A stretch of 64,000 bases of DNA, from IMG/VR virus record IMGVR_UViG_3300042445_001485; one strand, 5' to 3'. This DNA is from a virus (Duplodnaviria > Caudoviricetes). The position numbers and the translations under genes were made by a program. Shown here one piece after another: positions 36,113 to 44,505 of the stretch (the stretch's first letter is position 1; each line of letters starts with the position of its first letter). The notes beneath the pieces were generated by a model. That model ran no database searches. It was given only the letters and a program-made list of their open reading frames with translations, and was not told where the DNA came from.

Positions 36113-36669
36113 TATAAAGTCTCACCACCAACGGTGCGGTTACATGCACATAGTTCGCCAGTTTGAAGAGCATCTAAAATACGTAGAGTTTCTTCTGGAT
36201 TACGACCAACATTCAAGTTGTTAACTGTTACATGTTGAATAACATTGTCTGGGTCAACAATAAATGTTGCACGAAGTGCGGCACCTGCTGGAGTATAAAA
36301 TACACCCAACTGTTCAATCAAACTTAGATTTTCATTTGTTTCTGGGTTCCAACGCTGTGTGTCAGCAAATTGGTTGTGTGTGATTTTGATTAGATCACTG
36401 TGACTCTTTTGCCATGCCACCTTGCAGAACTCGTTGTCTGTGCTACCTGTGAGCAATACAGCGTCACGATCCGCAAAGTCACCTGTTAACTTGTCATAGG
36501 CCACAATTTCTGTGGGGCATACAAATGTAAAGTCTTTTGGATAGTAAACGATGATTTTCCACTTGCCTTCAAATGACTCATCTGTGATGTCAAAGAACGC
36601 ATCTTCTGGTTGTCCTGGCTTGACGCCCGTGACTACGAATTTTTCTAACTTATTGCCAACTGTTTTCAT
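36112..36669 (-). CDS. ahpC: Peroxiredoxin AhpC
   Basis: YPKDFTFVCPTE, RATFIVDP, VGRNPEETLRILDALQ and resolving Cys. Confidence 0.93.
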   Translation of the reverse strand: MKTVGNKLEKFVVTGVKPGQPEDAFFDITDESFEGKWKIIVYYPKDFTFVCPTEIVAYDKLTGDFADRDAVLLTGSTDNEFCKVAWQKSHSDLIKITHNQFADTQRWNPETNENLSLIEQLGVFYTPAGAALRATFIVDPDNVIQHVTVNNLNVGRNPEETLRILDALQTGELCACNRTVGGETL

Positions 36670-36695
36670 TATATTTTTTCCTTTATATTAAACGA

Positions 36696-37922
36696 TTAAT
36701 TTTCTTCTAAACTTTGCTCTGTTGCAGTAGCAACGATACGCTCCAATGCCAGAGTAGGATCCCACTCTCGACAATACTTCTTGCGATTAGCACGACCCTT
36801 GGCAGAGTCTGGATCATATTCAATCCAAGTAAACTCGGTACCGTCACAGTCGGGACAATGGTCGTTATAGTCTGCATCGGTATGCCGGTCTTCCCCCATT
36901 CCTACCCAACCACATTTCTTATTATCACACGAAATATCTACAGGTTCTGGTGGTTGGTTGACCCATGAACCGGTGTCCCAGTTGTATCCTGACCAGGTAA
37001 CAATCTCTCCTGTGATAGGATTGAACTTGCCGTATTCCCATTCACCAAACTGTGTGCCATCCCAGTATGCTGTGCCATATGTTGTACCATAGTGTCGCCA
37101 TGTACAACTGTAATAGCCTGGGAGAGTGGGTTGGACTTTTGTAAATTTAAATGTCTCAGACCGTTCCCAAGTGCTGGGACTTGATCCATGTGGAGGATGT
37201 CCCCAGTTTTTTTCTTCGGGTGTATAGGTTTCCCACGAATTACTATCCTTTACAAGATACATTCCAAAGTCGCTACTCTTGCCATCTGTGCTACCACCCC
37301 AGTTATCAATGTCTTCATCGTCGTAAGTAACACCATTGACCAGTTCTTCTCCATCAATTTCATCGTAGCACAAGGTTAATTTGGTAATGTCAAACGGTTG
37401 TGTAAGTTCGATGTGGCCTTCGAAGAATGTGCCTTTTTCGTTACTGCTACCGACAAACACCACAGTACCCACAGGTTTACTACCAATCCATGCTTCGTCA
37501 CCACATGACCATTCAGGGCTGTCGTCACTGCCGCCATCGCAATCGTCTAGACTTTTCTGAAAAACGGTGTCACCTTTTTCATCTTCGATCTGTAGTGTAC
37601 CAGCATTACGGCTAACACCATTGACATGTGCCATGTCATCACATTCATACCACGAACCCGGAGGAAATGGCAGCCGGTCAACATCAAGGTTCATGTCATC
37701 TTGTACAGTTTCCTCATCGCTCCAGGCAATCTCAGACAAGTCAACTTGATGCTCCATGCAGTAGTCCCATACTGATCGGTCCACTGTGCCCATGACTTTT
37801 TCGCCACCGTAGCCCCACATGCTGACTTTGTAGGTTCTTGGTGTGAACTTGAGAGTCGCCATTAACTGCTCATACTCGGCGTTGACTGCTTCCGCTTGTT
37901 GGGTTTTATTCTTCTTTGCCAT
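36696..37922 (-). CDS. Acidic, Trp/Gly-rich hypothetical protein with Cys motifs
   Basis: 408 aa ORF; CDNKKCGW...HCPDC near the C-terminus. Confidence 0.75.
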   Translation of the reverse strand: MAKKNKTQQAEAVNAEYEQLMATLKFTPRTYKVSMWGYGGEKVMGTVDRSVWDYCMEHQVDLSEIAWSDEETVQDDMNLDVDRLPFPPGSWYECDDMAHVNGVSRNAGTLQIEDEKGDTVFQKSLDDCDGGSDDSPEWSCGDEAWIGSKPVGTVVFVGSSNEKGTFFEGHIELTQPFDITKLTLCYDEIDGEELVNGVTYDDEDIDNWGGSTDGKSSDFGMYLVKDSNSWETYTPEEKNWGHPPHGSSPSTWERSETFKFTKVQPTLPGYYSCTWRHYGTTYGTAYWDGTQFGEWEYGKFNPITGEIVTWSGYNWDTGSWVNQPPEPVDISCDNKKCGWVGMGEDRHTDADYNDHCPDCDGTEFTWIEYDPDSAKGRANRKKYCREWDPTLALERIVATATEQSLEEN

Positions 37923-37931
37923 TGTGATTCC

Positions 37932-39128
37932 TTAATACTTTGACTCATGTGTGTATCGGCGATAGTCTGTGCTCATACGCTGCCAAGACTCGCCCCGGCC
38001 TTCCATAATATCGCAGACGCGATCAATAGTGCCATCAGTCCAGTTGCTAATACTACCCATGTTGGCATGCGGCTTGACCAATAATGGCATCAACTTACGG
38101 ATGGCATCGTCTATGCTCCAAGGGACATAAAGTCGGTCAGGATCATTAGCAAAGGTTTCTGGGAAACTACGATAAGCAGGGTAAAGCACATTGCAACCCA
38201 GAGTATCAGCCTCAGATACAGTGTTTGAAACCCAATCTTGTAAAGCACAATTAAATAACACCCTAGTATCGTTAAGTAAAGCATAGTAGTCATTTTTATC
38301 CAAGTCCTCATATAGCGTCAACAGTCCGCGAGCCTGTAGATCTCTTGTACGAGCCATATAACTGTTATTGTTGCTCTTTAGTCGGGCACCCGAGAAGATA
38401 GCAAACTCCACACGATTCGTGGGATCTAGTCCCATTGCATCATGTCTACGATTCCATTCTTCAATCAAGTCCATGTAGAAGTCTGGTTGCTTTTCTTGAT
38501 CCCAGCGGGCCGCAAAGCCCACTCGCATTTTACGGTGATCAAATGATTTCAATTCGCCTGGTACTCTTGCACGGACTTCATCTTTACCGAAAGCTAGTCC
38601 GGAGATGTTGTATATAGGGGCTTCCCAGCCGGCAATTTTCATGTGCATGACCATTTCTTCATTACTGGCCAACACACCAGTTACAAAGCTATCAACCATC
38701 TTTTCATACAAGCCCATCCACTTGCCCATACCCCATACATGAACAAAATCATCAGGATCAATGCTCTGTGCAAGACAACGAACATAAATCCTAGGTCTAA
38801 GATGTTCTGGCACTTGATTAATAATGTACGGTAATGATTCAATGCCTGGCTGAAACATGTCTTCAAAGTACACAACATCTTCATTGGTGACTACCCCTTC
38901 TTTCATCCACTTGATTAGATTCATAAGTTGACTCATACCAAAGTATGTGCGTCCATGTGCGTCCAGAACTTGTCCTGTTACAATGGCTTGATCATTACTT
39001 AATGTATCACCGGGCACCAACACATAGTCGATGCCACGGCGTTCAAAGACTGCTTCATTCCAGTCTTGTAACTGTAGTGTATATCTTGCTTTGTAGGGCT
39101 CTAGGCCCATGTAGAATAACTTACGCAT
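37932..39128 (-). CDS. GT-B fold (family 4-like) glycosyltransferase
   Basis: FAARWDQEKQPD and LFNCALQDWVSNTVSEADTLGCNVLYP (GT4 E-x7-E-like region). Start MRKLFY overlaps the upstream stop (TAATG). Confidence 0.7.
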   Translation of the reverse strand: MRKLFYMGLEPYKARYTLQLQDWNEAVFERRGIDYVLVPGDTLSNDQAIVTGQVLDAHGRTYFGMSQLMNLIKWMKEGVVTNEDVVYFEDMFQPGIESLPYIINQVPEHLRPRIYVRCLAQSIDPDDFVHVWGMGKWMGLYEKMVDSFVTGVLASNEEMVMHMKIAGWEAPIYNISGLAFGKDEVRARVPGELKSFDHRKMRVGFAARWDQEKQPDFYMDLIEEWNRRHDAMGLDPTNRVEFAIFSGARLKSNNNSYMARTRDLQARGLLTLYEDLDKNDYYALLNDTRVLFNCALQDWVSNTVSEADTLGCNVLYPAYRSFPETFANDPDRLYVPWSIDDAIRKLMPLLVKPHANMGSISNWTDGTIDRVCDIMEGRGESWQRMSTDYRRYTHESKY

Positions 39129-39394
39129 TAACGATACTTCCAATTGGTATTGGTATTGCGAGGCTTCCACTCCTTTCGTGGTTCTTTGGGATATGGACTC
39201 CAATTGTCCTTGGGAATCTTGCCTGCTTTGACTCGTTGCCATTCTCCCCATGGAGTCTTCTCGTTACCTAGATGACCTTCATCGTACACATAGCCCTGTT
39301 TCTTACAGAACTCTAAGTACTCATCGAGCTCATTGAAGAGAAAGTCAACTTCGGGTTTCATACGAAGATATTTTTTAAGCCAATCTTGTGACAT
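39128..39394 (-). CDS. Hypothetical protein
   Basis: 88 aa ORF with GGA SD. Confidence 0.7.
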   Translation of the reverse strand: MSQDWLKKYLRMKPEVDFLFNELDEYLEFCKKQGYVYDEGHLGNEKTPWGEWQRVKAGKIPKDNWSPYPKEPRKEWKPRNTNTNWKYR

Positions 39395-39403
39395 TATATT
39401 TCC

Positions 39404-39847
39404 TTAAATTACAATTGAAAGGTTTGGACGGGTAAGGTTGTAGTGTATGACGCATCCGTTTTCACCGTCCTCGGATACTTCAATTGTGACATCACGACTG
39501 GGGTAACGCCCTGCAATTTGTATGTACAAGTCATCAGCAATCATCTCACATGACTTGTGATCTAATGCTAGTATAGCATCTTTATATAAATTTTCCAACC
39601 AGCGTTTGAATTGAATAAACTCAATATCGCGATCATTATGGAACACATCTATGCCTACTCTAAAGTGGAATATATGTCTATGTGGGTTGGCTAAAAACGA
39701 TACATCATATTCATCGCCGGTGGCCAGCATGGGATCGGTTGCGGCAGCAGGATAAAAATGAATGCCTTCCTTTTGAAATGTCACAAATATTGTGCGTTGT
39801 GCGGCCGCTTTGATTCGTTCTACAGTTTCTCTTGCTTCTTGATTCAT
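39404..39847 (-). CDS. T-fold QueD paralog, DpdL-like (putative 7-carboxy-7-deazaguanine decarboxylase)
   Basis: LANPHRHIF (LxxxHRHxF), DRDIEFIQFK, SCEMIA and EVSEDGEN. Confidence 0.6.
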   Translation of the reverse strand: MNQEARETVERIKAAAQRTIFVTFQKEGIHFYPAAATDPMLATGDEYDVSFLANPHRHIFHFRVGIDVFHNDRDIEFIQFKRWLENLYKDAILALDHKSCEMIADDLYIQIAGRYPSRDVTIEVSEDGENGCVIHYNLTRPNLSIVI

Positions 39848-40371
39848 AGTACTTGATCTTTGGTATATTTAGACCAATCAGTAAAAACTTTTCGATCTAA
39901 TAGGTTGTGAAGTTGGTGGCACCAAACTCCGGGGTTGGTTGATTTGAAGTCTCGATCGTCCAGCTTGATTGTAGCATTATATCCCAACTGAAATATATAG
40001 GGCAATTTGACCGAAATCATGGGAATAAAGTTATGGTATTCAACAAAACCTGCTTCAAGCAAGCCTTCCGTACAAGTGACATCAATGTCTAGTGTGCAAA
40101 GGTGTTCCTTCTCCAGGAAGTGATAAATCATCATTTCCCATTTGGCCCATTCAGCACCGTCATTGACTGCTAGGTTAGGGAAACTTTGGTTGGCACCAAA
40201 ATAGATATGTTCCACAGGTTGACTGCCTGAGTCCAGTGCTTGTGCAATATCCGCAACACTTTGTACACCAACAACAAACATTGTGTATTTGCCGTAAGCA
40301 GGTGTATGCTCTACCTCTGTGCCATAGAAAAAGTTAACACCCTTGTGTCCCTCTCTAATCATTTGATTCAT
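39844..40371 (-). CDS. Hypothetical protein in the deazaguanine cluster
   Basis: VEHIYFGANQSF and TNPGVW; start may be MIREG at 40362. Confidence 0.7.
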   Translation of the reverse strand: MNQMIREGHKGVNFFYGTEVEHTPAYGKYTMFVVGVQSVADIAQALDSGSQPVEHIYFGANQSFPNLAVNDGAEWAKWEMMIYHFLEKEHLCTLDIDVTCTEGLLEAGFVEYHNFIPMISVKLPYIFQLGYNATIKLDDRDFKSTNPGVWCHQLHNLLDRKVFTDWSKYTKDQVL

Positions 40372-40540
40372 CCTGAAGTTGTTGCTTTAGTTTAGCAATT
40401 TCGTCTTTGAAATGCAACCTCTTTTTCTTCAATTCAGCAATCTGTTTGTCCGAAAAGTTTCCTGTGCGTTCCATTTGATCAACTTGCTTGTCCAGTGCAT
40501 GGTGCATTTCTTCTAGGTGTGCAATTCGGTTTTTAATCAT
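40355..40540 (-). CDS. DUF465/YdcH-like small coiled-coil protein
   Basis: HHALDKQV...LKKKRLHFKDEI. Confidence 0.7.
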   Translation of the reverse strand: MIKNRIAHLEEMHHALDKQVDQMERTGNFSDKQIAELKKKRLHFKDEIAKLKQQLQDESND

Positions 40541-42144
40541 TGTGATCCTTCCAAGTTGTCTAGTGCTGTTGGGTCAAATTCAATTTCATCATCGTCGGCT
40601 TCTGGTTCGTCCACTGAGAATAATGAGTTAAACATGGTGTTGGAGTTTTTGGCTTTTTTGCCTTTGAATCCACGGGTACCAACAATCTCCATCCAATATG
40701 TATCATACATCTCAATGATGTCTAGAGAATCTTGACGAGTGGGAGCCGCAAAGATTGCATCCACAATGTCTTCAAATTTGGCATAGTCTCCGCCCTGGCG
40801 TTGCATCATACCGGGACGCTCGCCTGCATCAAAGCGTCGATTAGCTTCTTGTACCGCGGTAATGTGCATCCAAACATTGTGTCCCATTAGCAATGCATAC
40901 GAGAAACTATCCCACGATGTCTTGCCCCATTTGCCGTTCTTATTGACATCTGGTAGCACATCATACAGGGCTGGATCTTGGAAATTTTCTTCCGTGAGCA
41001 CAACACCTGCTTTGACCACACCTGGATTGTAGATACAGATGTCTTTCATTTTGAACATGTTGCTTAATGGACTGTCTTCCCAGCGAGGATAGATGCCATC
41101 TGCTACCACGCCGTCACTCCACTTGCGTGTGTCTACTGCATACTTCTTATCATCTGCGCTAGGAGCCATACGATAACTCCATTTGCTTTGATCTTCAAAT
41201 ACATTTTCAAAATATACCTGTCCGTTGGCTGTTGCAAGGAACGGACTGGCACAGTCGAATGAGATAGTAAATTGTGGATTAATGTACTTGCGTACTGCTC
41301 GTTGAATTACTGTGAGTAACACAGCCCACTCTAGTTTACTTGTGCCTAAGAAGTGCATCCAATCGTGTACACCTTCTTGTAATAAATTATCATACCGGAG
41401 TGCAATCAGTCGCCTGAGAATCAAATGCACATCACACATGTTCTGTCCACCCATGCCCCAACCATCAAAGTGGCGTCCTGGATACCGCACAGGATCGCAG
41501 TATTCTTTCATAAGTTCGTACCATGCATCTGCATTGGTATGATTGTCACCTTGTAGCACATTTAAAAATCGAGCACCACCTGCATCTTTACCTTTACGGT
41601 GTTTGATAAAGTATTCATTGTTGAACTTGGTGGCTTCCACGGCTTGATCCAATGTTTTAATTTGACAAGCATCACTGGCTTTTTTATCATGTATAACCCA
41701 GGTGGGAATATCTAATCCCATGCCATAGTTACTGATGCTATCCAGCCAAGTTAAAACAGCTTCCCGTTTCTTCTGTGCCTTCAAGCATCCTGAACCAGCC
41801 TTCCAGTCGCCTTCCCATAATCCTTTGGCAATCTGGAATCCACCAGAGTCACCTAGCATCAGTGTGTTGGGATCACGACCTCGAACCATGTCCTCACTAG
41901 CGTCGGGCTTTGTGAGATCTAGGTTAGCATGGCCGCCGGAGTAAAGCGACCATTTATATGGGAACAGACCCTGTTGACTATTAAGCCAATTCATCTGTTC
42001 CATATCCGTTATGCCCTGCGGAAAGCGGGCAGGGTCTACATAATCATTGTTGACTCGTTGTTTGCCTACAAATGTGGCGTAGAAGCCACTAATAGCAGGC
42101 AAGAATACAGCATAGTCTTTTTGTTTACTGGTTAAATCATCCAC
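40537..42144 (-). CDS. TGT-family guanine transglycosylase, DpdA-like
   Basis: TGT catalytic motifs in order: DSGGFQ, LDIP, VLQG, GWGMGG, HFLG and FDCASP. No CxCxxC zinc site. Confidence 0.8.
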   Translation of the reverse strand: MDDLTSKQKDYAVFLPAISGFYATFVGKQRVNNDYVDPARFPQGITDMEQMNWLNSQQGLFPYKWSLYSGGHANLDLTKPDASEDMVRGRDPNTLMLGDSGGFQIAKGLWEGDWKAGSGCLKAQKKREAVLTWLDSISNYGMGLDIPTWVIHDKKASDACQIKTLDQAVEATKFNNEYFIKHRKGKDAGGARFLNVLQGDNHTNADAWYELMKEYCDPVRYPGRHFDGWGMGGQNMCDVHLILRRLIALRYDNLLQEGVHDWMHFLGTSKLEWAVLLTVIQRAVRKYINPQFTISFDCASPFLATANGQVYFENVFEDQSKWSYRMAPSADDKKYAVDTRKWSDGVVADGIYPRWEDSPLSNMFKMKDICIYNPGVVKAGVVLTEENFQDPALYDVLPDVNKNGKWGKTSWDSFSYALLMGHNVWMHITAVQEANRRFDAGERPGMMQRQGGDYAKFEDIVDAIFAAPTRQDSLDIIEMYDTYWMEIVGTRGFKGKKAKNSNTMFNSLFSVDEPEADDDEIEFDPTALDNLEGSQ

Positions 42145-42781
42145 GCCAAAATTTCACTTTACTTATTAATTTGTAGTCTGGAGCATAATGCTGTTTGATT
42201 TTTTCAAGATAAACAGGATTGTCTACTAGGTGTTTAAATATAGTTTTAAATATACTTCTACGAGTATCACCATCGAGACGATCTTCTGTGGTATGTTGAA
42301 AGTCATAATTTGCATATCTAGCGGCTCCGGGAATACCTTGGTTACGCAAGAACTGACTAAAGTGTAGTCGATAATCTTTATCACACCAAAAGAAAGTTGT
42401 TTTACTGGGATCTAACCCCTCAATAAAGTATACTTGTTTTTCTGTATGATCGTCAAATGTAATTTGTTCTATCAGCAGATCGTAAAATGCTTGAGTAAAC
42501 TGACTAGTATCTATGTCACGGTGATATATTGTGAAGTATTCACATATACCACTAAGCCAACGCTCCACAGGATTTCGTAACACAACCATTACATGTTTGT
42601 GATGGAACTGATCCTGGTGATAATTATAAAATTCCCAGTGTTGATCCAGTAAATTATTTTTAGTCCACGAACTGGCATTCTTAGGTATGTTAACATACAT
42701 AAGGTCGAGATTAGGCTTGCTCATGCAAGTACCGAATACATGACCTCTTGGTTCCCAGTATTGGTGGAAAGAAAATGGCAT
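42137..42781 (-). CDS. Sulfotransferase family protein
   Basis: 5'-PSB YVNIPKNASSWTK, 3'-PB VVLRNPVERWLSG and C-terminal YAPDY. Confidence 0.75.
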   Translation of the reverse strand: MPFSFHQYWEPRGHVFGTCMSKPNLDLMYVNIPKNASSWTKNNLLDQHWEFYNYHQDQFHHKHVMVVLRNPVERWLSGICEYFTIYHRDIDTSQFTQAFYDLLIEQITFDDHTEKQVYFIEGLDPSKTTFFWCDKDYRLHFSQFLRNQGIPGAARYANYDFQHTTEDRLDGDTRRSIFKTIFKHLVDNPVYLEKIKQHYAPDYKLISKVKFWRG

Positions 42782-43512
42782 TACTTGGTCTGTGCTGGTA
42801 ATGTATAGTTCCAAACAGCAACCCCAGAGTCCACAGTAATCTGTGCGGCACCCTCATCACTGATTCTAAATGCCTTGTCTCCGGGCAGGGCCAAGATAGC
42901 CATAACAGCCGAGACTGGCCATGACCATGCCTTGCTCAGTGTGCCTGTGACTCCGGCCTGGAACACAAAGTTACCAGCGTGACTGGCATGATCACCAAAG
43001 AAGAATTTCAAGTCGCCGTTTTCTGTTCGAGCAGTAAAAGTGGTTTCGTCACTGTTAGCACTGGCTTGAAAACGCAGGCGCTGAATGTTTTGTACAGTGG
43101 GCGCAAAGTCCACATTCCATTTAACTGGACGCATCTTTTGATTCTTTAACTTGTCGTTGATGATTTCCGCCGACATAAAACGATAATCGTTTTTAAAGTC
43201 GCCGGCTTTGTTTTCAAAGTGAATACCAACTGGAACCGACTCGCCGTTGCGATCTTGTTTGGTGATTGTGAGCTTGGCATCTTCCTTGTATTCTGGAATA
43301 CCCAATATAGTGTTCAACTTGGCCAAGTTTGGCATACCAAAAGTGCCAACAAAGTCTGGGTGTGCGCCTTTAAATACTGCGTCCACCACAACTGTTTTGT
43401 CTTCGGCCAGAGCAATAACTCGAGTTTCGGCATCTGTGCCTGTGACCTTGACCAAGTCAATAGTGCCTAGTCCGTGTGTGTGCTGTACAATGTCTTTCAA
43501 ATAGTCTTGCAT
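42781..43512 (-). CDS. Probable DNA polymerase sliding clamp (gp45-like)
   Basis: 243 aa with an alternating helix/strand pattern in two halves, near the DNA polymerase. No diagnostic motif. Confidence 0.5.
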   Translation of the reverse strand: MQDYLKDIVQHTHGLGTIDLVKVTGTDAETRVIALAEDKTVVVDAVFKGAHPDFVGTFGMPNLAKLNTILGIPEYKEDAKLTITKQDRNGESVPVGIHFENKAGDFKNDYRFMSAEIINDKLKNQKMRPVKWNVDFAPTVQNIQRLRFQASANSDETTFTARTENGDLKFFFGDHASHAGNFVFQAGVTGTLSKAWSWPVSAVMAILALPGDKAFRISDEGAAQITVDSGVAVWNYTLPAQTK

Positions 43513-43534
43513 TGAGTTTCTCCTGTTAATGTGT

Positions 43535-43564
43535 ATTATAGATGATTGTATTTAGACCTGTCAA
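43535..43564 (-). promoter_or_regulatory. Sigma70-type promoter
   Basis: TTGACA-N18-TATAAT, AGGAG SD. Confidence 0.7.
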
Positions 43565-43565
43565 C

Positions 43566-44498
43566 TTATTTGACAGTTTTTTCTTTGATGATGCCCAGAG
43601 CCTGATGTCCTTTTACAGTAAACAATTCTCCCGGTTTCTTGAGTTCAAGCCAACTAACAGCAGGCTCATAGTCTCGGGCATAAGTTATTTCAAAGCCTAA
43701 TTGTTGACATACCGGCACCAACATACTTTTGGGAACATAACTCATAAAGTAGCTTTCAGCATAGGCCGCACCATCAGGCAAATCGCCGTTGTTGTAACTA
43801 AACATGAAAACACCACCTGGGCGCAGTAAATTGTAAACTTGTCGTAGTATTTTCTTAATTGAATCTAGACTTTTGTAATTAAAATGATTCCATGAAAACA
43901 CAAGATTAAATTGTTTTTGTGGAAGTATGCCATACTCATCATTGGTAATTACATATGGTCGCATTCGGCGTTGATACTCTGCGGCATAATTACCTATGGT
44001 TGCATCCAGGAATTCTTGATGTTCGTCTGCCAAGTATAACGGATCGCTTGCCACTAAGAAGTTAGTCCATTCTCCATCTCTGCAACCGATTTCCAGTGCT
44101 GGGTATTTCCAAGACGAGTATAACGCAATTCTGCTTTCTATCTCTTGTTGTATTTGGCCGGGAATGTACATCACACGAACTTTACGAATACTGGCAGGAC
44201 CGTCGTATTGCAGTTCTAGTTCGTAGTTGTCTAAAAAGAACAATGAGCTTTTGGCATTGATCTCTGCATTGATCTCATCAATGATTTGTTGTACACGCTC
44301 TGTGGGAGCCAATACCGCTGTGCGAATATCTCTATAGTCTTTGATCAACTCGTTGAGCATACCACTATACGTGTCAGATGCACCCTGGCTGGCCAGACCT
44401 ATGTTTAATCGCAGGTTATCAACACTGGCCAGTACAGGGTCCAGAAAGAAAGATGCTTTTAGTCTTTCTCTTAGGGAAACAAGTTCACTTAATTTCAT
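43566..44498 (-). CDS. Class I SAM-dependent methyltransferase with N-terminal coiled coil
   Basis: ALEIGCRDG, FNLVFSWNHF and LLRPGGVFMF; start MKLSEL. Confidence 0.75.
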   Translation of the reverse strand: MKLSELVSLRERLKASFFLDPVLASVDNLRLNIGLASQGASDTYSGMLNELIKDYRDIRTAVLAPTERVQQIIDEINAEINAKSSLFFLDNYELELQYDGPASIRKVRVMYIPGQIQQEIESRIALYSSWKYPALEIGCRDGEWTNFLVASDPLYLADEHQEFLDATIGNYAAEYQRRMRPYVITNDEYGILPQKQFNLVFSWNHFNYKSLDSIKKILRQVYNLLRPGGVFMFSYNNGDLPDGAAYAESYFMSYVPKSMLVPVCQQLGFEITYARDYEPAVSWLELKKPGELFTVKGHQALGIIKEKTVK

Positions 44499-44505
44499 AA
44501 TTGTA

